A stretch of DNA of 62,767 bases, the filler included, from Stramenopiles sp. TOSAG23-2 (Eukaryota): the NCBI GenBank assembly GCA_900128395.1. It is 12 parts of 12 records of this genome, joined end to end, with 100 filler letters (N's around TTAATTAATTAA, not from the genome) between each part and the next. Parts side by side here need not be neighbours in the genome. Positions count along the whole stretch, not along the records: positions 55,926 to 61,384 come from LT650666.1; positions 61,485 to 62,767 come from LT653271.1; 10 more parts are not named here. One strand, written 5' to 3'. Position 1 is the stretch's first letter; every line of letters begins with the position of its first letter. The translations under genes and the position numbers were made by a program. The notes below the pieces were generated by a model. It was not told where the DNA came from. It saw only the letters and a list, made by a program, of their open reading frames with translations, and ran no database searches. Below, in pieces: positions 56,074 to 62,767 of this stretch.

Positions 56074-56375
56074 GATTTAACAAAAAAAAATCATAGTCTT
56101 TAGATGTTTTGAGTCTATGTATGGATCTTAGCAATGGTCCATGGCGTGGATAGTGAAATATGGTGCGCTGCCATACGAACTAAAAGCGATGAATAAAGCA
56201 TAAAAAGTTAAGGAGTACTGCCAGATTTAACAAAAAAAAATCATAGTCTTTAGATGTTTTGAGTCTATGTATGGATCTTAGCAATGGTCCATGGCGTGGA
56301 TAGTGAAATATGGTGCGCTGCCATACGAACTAAAAGCGATGAATAAAGCATAAAAAGTTAAGGAGTACTGCCAGA
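56074..56375. repeat. Exact 150-bp tandem duplication
   Basis: Units start at 56074 and 56224. Confidence 0.9.
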
Positions 56376-56561
56376 AATTGGTAAGCTTAGATATTACGAT
56401 TGGAGCGGTAGTAATAAATAAATACTTTCAAGGCCACTTGTTTAAAACTTAATTTTTTTTTATACACACACACATATCATATTCTTTATCTCGCTCTTTT
56501 TATAACAGAATTTAATAAAAGCACATATTATCTGTTAAACTCGAATAACCCAACAACATTT

Positions 56562-57785
56562 TTAATCCATATATTTATTGAAAAAACTAGGAACTTTTTC
56601 TTCTTTTAAATAAAATTTAATCGTATTTGTAATTATCATCATTTGTGATGATGGTGGTTGATCATCATTTTTTCTCTTTGGTTTCAAATTTCCTTCATCA
56701 TCATAAGATACATTATTACTATTATTATCATCAACAACAACTTTATCCATATCATTAATAGCAACTGCAATACAATAATGCCCTTGTATTAAATGCCATT
56801 CTTCTAATTCATCAAATAATTCAAGACGTTGTATACGTGAAACATCTTTTGAATCTAAATATTGATAATATACTTGATTCATATCTAATACACTTGCTGT
56901 TTTATAACCTAATTTTTCATATCTATTTTTTAATGATATACAATTTGGATATTGATGAATACTTTGTAATGGACATCCTCTACGTCTTATATTATCAACC
57001 ATGACACTTCCAAATCTAGTATTTGGTAAAATTTGTTCATACGTAACAAATACACTCGTTGGAAATTTTGTACCAGCAAATTCAATTACTTTGTTTGAAT
57101 GTTCATGATGCATATATATTAAAACACATTCAGATAAAAATAATGTTGGAATATTAAAATCAATTCCACATTTTATTAATTGTTTTTCAACTACATCAAT
57201 ATTACGTAAATCAGCTGGTATTATATGATATTTTTCACCATGAAATTCTATTCCTGCATTTGTATCATTTGATTTTACTGCATCATCATCATCTTTTCCA
57301 TTAACCTCCATATTTTCCTTTGCTAATGTAGATAACTCATTATTATTGCGAACAATTTCAATTTTTTTTTTACATACTTGTTCAAAATCTAAATCAAAAA
57401 CAGTTATATTATTATTTACATTATTACTGAAAAAAGAAGATGCTAAACGAAAATAAAGTGTATCTACACCAGCACCTAAAACAACAATTTGATGCTTATT
57501 TTGGCTATTCTTTACACTTAAAAATCTTCTTACAATTGTATCTACAGCTTTAAAACGAGCATAGTAACCACGATTGATTAATGGAGCACGTTTAATACCT
57601 TTTGTTGGTGCAAAAAATTGTACATATGGATCAATAAAATAACCTTTATTTACCGCTGAACATTTACTTAATATTGCATCTGCAGCTGTGGAACGTACAC
57701 ATGCATCTTGTTCCGGTTGTGTTATTTTGTTGTTGTTGTTTTTGGAAGAAGAGGAGGAGGGTGATGGTCCGGTGATAGACGTCAT
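56562..57785 (-). CDS. LCMT1: Leucine carboxyl methyltransferase 1 (Ppm1)
   Basis: KCSAVNKGY, RAPLINRGYYAR, QIVVLGAGVDT, PTLFLSECVLIYM and LELFDELEEWHL..HYC. Confidence 0.92.
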   Translation of the reverse strand: MTSITGPSPSSSSSKNNNNKITQPEQDACVRSTAADAILSKCSAVNKGYFIDPYVQFFAPTKGIKRAPLINRGYYARFKAVDTIVRRFLSVKNSQNKHQIVVLGAGVDTLYFRLASSFFSNNVNNNITVFDLDFEQVCKKKIEIVRNNNELSTLAKENMEVNGKDDDDAVKSNDTNAGIEFHGEKYHIIPADLRNIDVVEKQLIKCGIDFNIPTLFLSECVLIYMHHEHSNKVIEFAGTKFPTSVFVTYEQILPNTRFGSVMVDNIRRRGCPLQSIHQYPNCISLKNRYEKLGYKTASVLDMNQVYYQYLDSKDVSRIQRLELFDELEEWHLIQGHYCIAVAINDMDKVVVDDNNSNNVSYDDEGNLKPKRKNDDQPPSSQMMIITNTIKFYLKEEKVPSFFNKYMD

Positions 57786-57856
57786 AATGATTGTTCTTTC
57801 TTTCTTTCCATTGTTCTTTGACTCGTTCTGTCCATTGTTCTGTCGTCTAATAATCA

Positions 57857-58122
57857 CATTGATCAACAACTCTTTTTTTCAATAATATATATTTATTCAT
57901 TATTTTTCATTAATTTTATTTATCCAAAACCATACCTGTGTACCTGGTAAAGAATAAAAATCGCGTTTGCCAGGTTTGCCTGGTTTGCCATTGATCAACA
58001 ACTCTTTTTTTCAATAATATATATTTATTCATTATTTTTCATTAATTTTATTTATCCAAAACCATACCTGTGTACCTGGTAAAGAATAAAAATCGCGTTT
58101 GCCAGGTTTGCCTGGTTTGCCA
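57857..58122. repeat. Exact 132-bp tandem duplication followed by GTTTGCCAG units
   Basis: Units start at 57857 and 57989. Confidence 0.9.
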
Positions 58123-58414
58123 GTTTGCCAGGTTTGCCAGTTTGCCAGGTTTGATGATTTTAGATTATGATAGGGAATGTGATATTAATAATAAGGTTTT
58201 TTCAATTTTATTAAAAAAATTTTTTTTTTTTTTTTTTTAATTTTTTTTTTTGAAAATTATTTTATTTAAAATTTTAGAAATATAAATGTTGAAGAGAAGA
58301 TGTTTGAATACTCGAATTAGTGTTATTATTTCATAGAATATGTCATGTATGTAGATATTCATTCTCCTATAATAATAATAATAATAATAATAATAAAATA
58401 AGTAAGTACATACC

Positions 58415-59392
58415 ATGACATCAACATTCTCATTGAAAACATTAATTGTAGATTTTTATAATGGAATATGTGCATCATTAGCTATACATAAAGCATGGCC
58501 TGTCTTCTTAAAATCATATAAAGTACGTTATAGAACGGCACAATCATTTTTATTTAATGGTATTATTTATTTAACTAGTATCATGCTTGTTGAATATACG
58601 ATATTCCCATTAATTCGACATGTGATTGGTACATTATCTGGTGAAGAAGCTGGATGGGTAGGATTTTTTCTGGAAGGTATAACATGGATTTTTTATCATA
58701 TATTTTGGTTATTACCTTTATATGTTATTAGTTTAATTTTAAATATGACAACTGTAACTGAAGTTGCGGAAGATACGTTTAAAGTCGTTGGATTACCACA
58801 TGATAAAAGTTCATCCGTTAGTAATCTTATATCTGATATGTTATTTGAAAGTTTATTTTTAGCTATGTGTATGGCAGTTGCAGGTAGTGTTGATATATTA
58901 GTCATGTTATCACCATATATTTCAAAATTATTATTGCTTTTTTATCCAGTTAGTTTTTTTTATTGGGCATGGATATATGCATTTTGTGCATTTAATACGA
59001 AATGGAAATTACAAGGTGTTGGTATTATACGTCGTGTTGGTTCAATAGAGTCAAATATGGCATTTTTTGCTGGGTTTGGTACACCATTGACTGCATTGAC
59101 ATATTTTTATCCAAATTTTTTCGTAAATGCTGTTTTCTATGCATTGTTTTATCCATGGCTTGTTATTGTTGCATGTGCAAGTTGTAATGATTCATCAAAT
59201 CCAACATTAAATCCATTGTTAAAAGAAAAAAATGATGAAAATTATGTTATGATGCGAGTGAATCGTTTTCCAATTTTTCGTTTACCACAAAGTATTGCAC
59301 AGAAATTGTTGACATGTTTATTTAAATCGAAATTAGAAGTTAAAAATGATGACAAGAAGATCAGGGAGAAGAGGGAGGAAGAGTGGGAGTGA
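58415..59392 (+). CDS. EI24: EI24 (etoposide-induced 2.4) family membrane protein
   Basis: Q.FLFNGIIYL.S, FWLLPLYVISLILN, YAFCAF..KW, IESN.AFFAGFG.P and RFPIF motifs. Confidence 0.88.
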   Translation: MTSTFSLKTLIVDFYNGICASLAIHKAWPVFLKSYKVRYRTAQSFLFNGIIYLTSIMLVEYTIFPLIRHVIGTLSGEEAGWVGFFLEGITWIFYHIFWLLPLYVISLILNMTTVTEVAEDTFKVVGLPHDKSSSVSNLISDMLFESLFLAMCMAVAGSVDILVMLSPYISKLLLLFYPVSFFYWAWIYAFCAFNTKWKLQGVGIIRRVGSIESNMAFFAGFGTPLTALTYFYPNFFVNAVFYALFYPWLVIVACASCNDSSNPTLNPLLKEKNDENYVMMRVNRFPIFRLPQSIAQKLLTCLFKSKLEVKNDDKKIREKREEEWE

Positions 59393-59884
59393 AGGGAGCG
59401 GGAGGTAATAAAACGAGTTTTAGTGTTGTGTGCGTGTGTTTGTTAAAGTAAAAAAAATTTTTTTTGACCTCTCTGGGATATCTATACCAGTACCAGAGTA
59501 CATCATATAATAGTAGTAATATGAATAATAAATCTTAGAATATATCATTTGGTATAAATATTTCTTTGACAAAAAAATATAAAATAAAAAACGCACCCCT
59601 TCTTCATACGAATTAACATGCGCCCTTTTTTCAACCAGGTTGATAACATCTTCTAATGATATATACCTCATCTCGGTAATTCGTGTTTCGGAGAGTTATT
59701 TGACCAAATATTGTGAAATAGATAGAGAGTGTAGAAATAAAAAAAATTTACTTATCAGAATATCATGATATTATTAATCTAATTAATACACACATGACAT
59801 AAGAACAGACGATAAATATATCATAATTATGATGTATGATACGCGGTACGTACGCTTCGTACTATTTTAAGTCTCAACAAGAAA

Positions 59885-60622
59885 CTATCTCCTCTTCTTT
59901 CCATGATTATTTTTTCTTCTTTTCTTTTTATTACCACCAATACCATTTCTATTTCGCTTTTTATTCTTTCTGTTCTTATTATTATTGGACAAATCGTTAC
60001 TACTATTACTACTACTTCCAACAAACATATCTCCACCTTCCATTTCGCTCCCATTTGCTTCTTCTTCTGCTGCTGCTGCTGCTTCCTCTTTTAATGCTAT
60101 TTCAATATCATTTAATGCATTTTGTGCTTCAACGAAATCATATTTTCCATCTAACTCAACAATACGTTTTAAGACACTAATTGTATCATCTGTACGATGC
60201 AATGCATAATATATTTCAGCTAATTCCATAGATGTTTTACAATAATTTTTCCCTATTTCATGTGATGATAAATTTTTATCTTGTATTAACTCTGACCATA
60301 AATCTTTATATATAATTTCCGTATGATTACATTGTTCTTCACATTCAAACTTTCTTAAACCACATCCATATTCAGACAATTCCAACGATATTGCTGGCCT
60401 TGCAGCACCATACAATTGACCAGTACGTTTTAAAAACATTTTTTTCTGTTTTTTCTTTTGTGGATTAGTTACATATCGTTTTAAACTATTTTCTAACTTT
60501 CTCACATTTTTTTCCAATAATCTTAACTTTAAAACTAATTTTAATTTTTCTTTTTTCGATGCCGTTTGTTCTTTTTGTTCTGCACGTACATATGCAAATT
60601 TTGCTGTTTTCGTTTTTCCCAT
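59885..60622 (-). CDS. Hypothetical basic protein with a TPR-like helix pair
   Basis: ELAEIYYALHRTDDTISVLKRIVELD and Lys/Arg-rich termini. Confidence 0.65.
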   Translation of the reverse strand: MGKTKTAKFAYVRAEQKEQTASKKEKLKLVLKLRLLEKNVRKLENSLKRYVTNPQKKKQKKMFLKRTGQLYGAARPAISLELSEYGCGLRKFECEEQCNHTEIIYKDLWSELIQDKNLSSHEIGKNYCKTSMELAEIYYALHRTDDTISVLKRIVELDGKYDFVEAQNALNDIEIALKEEAAAAAEEEANGSEMEGGDMFVGSSSNSSNDLSNNNKNRKNKKRNRNGIGGNKKKRRKNNHGKKRR

Positions 60623-61484
60623 AGTTGCTTTAATGATATGGTTTATATTGTTTTTGCAATATTTATAATTTTTGATATGTGTTATATATATATATAGAAA
60701 GAATTATTTTGCTTTGTTCTTTTCTCTCTCTCTGTAAAACATTTATATACTTGGTATTATATTATTCCAATAAATGTTGCAAATAATGTGGATAATAGCA
60801 CAATAATAAATAAAAAAAAACAACCAACCCATCTCCACAAAAAGAAATAATAATAAATAATAAAGTTAAGGTGTTAGAAAATAGTGCTGTGTGTATGTAT
60901 ATGTCTTTTTATTTTTTGAGTATTGCACCTATTGAGCAAAATATTATTATTTACTTATACCACAAAATTTTTTCAAAAGTCCATACCAATATTTTTTAAC
61001 TCTCTATACATCACTATAGAGACTACATTTTGTACAGTACAGCAGTATGTATTTACAAATCTAATATAAATAAGTATCATACCGTGGTATGCATATACGT
61101 ACATGATATGATATATGATATACAAGTATATTATACAAGGGGTACCGCGGCTTTTTGCCACAACCGTGCACTTCAAGATCTTTATCCGGATAGTTACCGG
61201 TTGTTGTTCACAACAGGATCTTTCACTTTGACAGCCTCACCGTTGTCGAATGAGCCCGACGTCCAACGCGTTCAACGAACGCGCATGGAAGGATAGAAAC
61301 CTACTTGTGCTTGTAGAGTATTAGTTTGCAGAGGTGCATTAGAGCTTTACTATAGTAGGATAACATATTATTCTTGCGATTGAGNNNNNNNNNNNNNNNN
61401 NNNNNNNNNNNNNNNNNNNNNNNNNNNNTTAATTAATTAANNNNNNNNNNNNNNNNNNNNNNNNNNNNNNNNNNNNNNNNNNNN

Positions 61485-61718
61485 GGAGGAGGAGGAGGAG
61501 GAGGAGAGGAAGGGGTGTTGTTCTTCGGGATGAGCGCGTCGGTCGCGATGGAACTCGCGATAGCCGTCGCAGTCGGGGCGTACTCGGTCTTCAGCCGACG
61601 ATTCGGCGCGTTTGGGAGATTCAAGGAAGTCAGAGAAGAACGCGGAGACATTCCAGGGCTGACGGTGACCAGATGGAGCGATTTTTCGAGCTTGTGGACG
61701 AGAGCGAAAGCCCTTTAG
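61485..61718 (+). CDS. Probable 3' end of a gene on the GC-richer contig
   Basis: Open from the contig start to TAG, with a hydrophobic segment. It converges on the NEMF-like gene. Confidence 0.35.
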   Translation, partial: GGGGGGGEEGVLFFGMSASVAMELAIAVAVGAYSVFSRRFGAFGRFKEVREERGDIPGLTVTRWSDFSSLWTRAKAL

Positions 61719-61892
61719 TAAGAGCTACCCAAATTGTGTTCATCGTAGCCGTCTGGTATTTTCTGCATAGAGTTGAATAGAAGGCGGATTTGAAGGCGTA
61801 AATAATGAGTAGTAGTTGTAAGAGCGTAGTAGAGGCGAATCTTAGTGTGTTTTCGTGCTATTTGTCCATCGTTTCTCTTTCTGTATTCCTCG

Positions 61893-62767
61893 TCATCGCG
61901 TGTTCTTAGACTGTCCTCGTTGGAGTTTCGCGGCTTTTTGCGCTTTTTGGAGCTCTTTCATCGCGCCCGGAGGTAAAGTAATCTTACACCCGCCCTGCGG
62001 CAACGTTCTGGAACAATCCTCGACTTTCTTTCCGAGCGCTTCTCTAACCGCAGATTTTTCGTGCTCCGAAGCGAACGGCGCTTTCAAAAGAACGTTGGCA
62101 CAGTCTTTGACCGTTTTACCTCGTTTTTGCGTGCCTGGAGTGAGTTTAATGCGATACTTATAACTCACGAGCACGGAAAATGGGGCACAGACGGGTAAGG
62201 CAAACGACGCGCGGTCCTGCTCAAACGGCTGGCCGGTGAGTTGACGCAATGCCATTTCGGTTTGTTTATCGCGACGCTCGTGAATAGCGACGAGATTTGA
62301 TTCGACGTCATCGTTGTTGTTGTTGTTGTTGTTGTTGTTGTCAATATCGTCGTTTTCAGGTTCGTAGATCAAAGGTTTAATACCGCGTTCTTTCAAGTTT
62401 GGCATTTCGGGCGTCGGCGCTTCAGGAAGCACGACTTCCTTTTGTTTAGTAACACCCAAAGACGTCTCCGACTTCAAAGGCACCAAAGCAGCTTTTTTCC
62501 TGTCTTTTTTCGTCTCTTTTTGTTTCGTCGTGAGCAATTTCATGGCCAATTCGCGATCTTCGTCGTCTTGTTCGGCGTATTTTTTTGCCGCGCGTTTTGC
62601 TTTCGCAGATTTTCCGCGCACCTTTGGCTTGTTTGGATTCGAAGAAGACGAGGTGGTTTTCTTCGTTTTATACATCTCGTCGTCTTCGATCTCTTCCTCT
62701 CCCTCCTCTTCTTCCTCTATTTCGCTAGCGCGTTCTTTCTCTGTGGCTGCCGTTGCTGCAGCCGCCG
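61893..62767 (-). CDS. NEMF: NEMF/Rqc2 ribosome quality-control protein, C-terminal (NFACT-C) part
   Basis: VRGK..K.K....KYAEQDDEDRELAMKLL, LTGQP and ALPVCAPF....YKYRIKLTPGTQKRGK. Frame open to the window end. Confidence 0.9.
   Translation of the reverse strand, partial: AAAATAATEKERASEIEEEEEGEEEIEDDEMYKTKKTTSSSSNPNKPKVRGKSAKAKRAAKKYAEQDDEDRELAMKLLTTKQKETKKDRKKAALVPLKSETSLGVTKQKEVVLPEAPTPEMPNLKERGIKPLIYEPENDDIDNNNNNNNNNDDVESNLVAIHERRDKQTEMALRQLTGQPFEQDRASFALPVCAPFSVLVSYKYRIKLTPGTQKRGKTVKDCANVLLKAPFASEHEKSAVREALGKKVEDCSRTLPQGGCKITLPPGAMKELQKAQKAAKLQRGQSKNTR

Overview
This window is not one locus. It is 12 unlinked contigs of about 5.5 kb, sorted by decreasing length and joined by 100-nt N spacers that carry TTAATTAATTAA. 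Ten contigs come from an AT-rich, intron-poor, poly-Asn-rich unicellular eukaryote. My inference is a marine protist single-cell assembly. They encode Nup107, an SLX4-like protein, COMMD4, LCMT1, EI24, a two-pore channel, a multidomain pseudokinase, ankyrin and EF-hand proteins, secreted Cys-rich and beta-trefoil-like proteins, and phage-fibre-like proteins. The last contig is GC-richer and probably from another organism (NEMF/Rqc2 C-terminus). Contig 1 (1-5511) is the most interesting. It is gene-dense and virus-like, with an OLV11-like tyrosine recombinase and a penton-like gene suggesting a Polinton-like virus or virophage-type element. It also carries a head-to-tail array of unrelated small genes, separated by a conserved 170-bp module containing a hairpin-prone AT tract, telomere-like TAACCC hexamers, a giant-virus-like TAAATTGA early-promoter motif and the start codon. 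The array converges on the recombinase, which suggests a gene-cassette system. All family calls are by motif recognition only; no searches were run.
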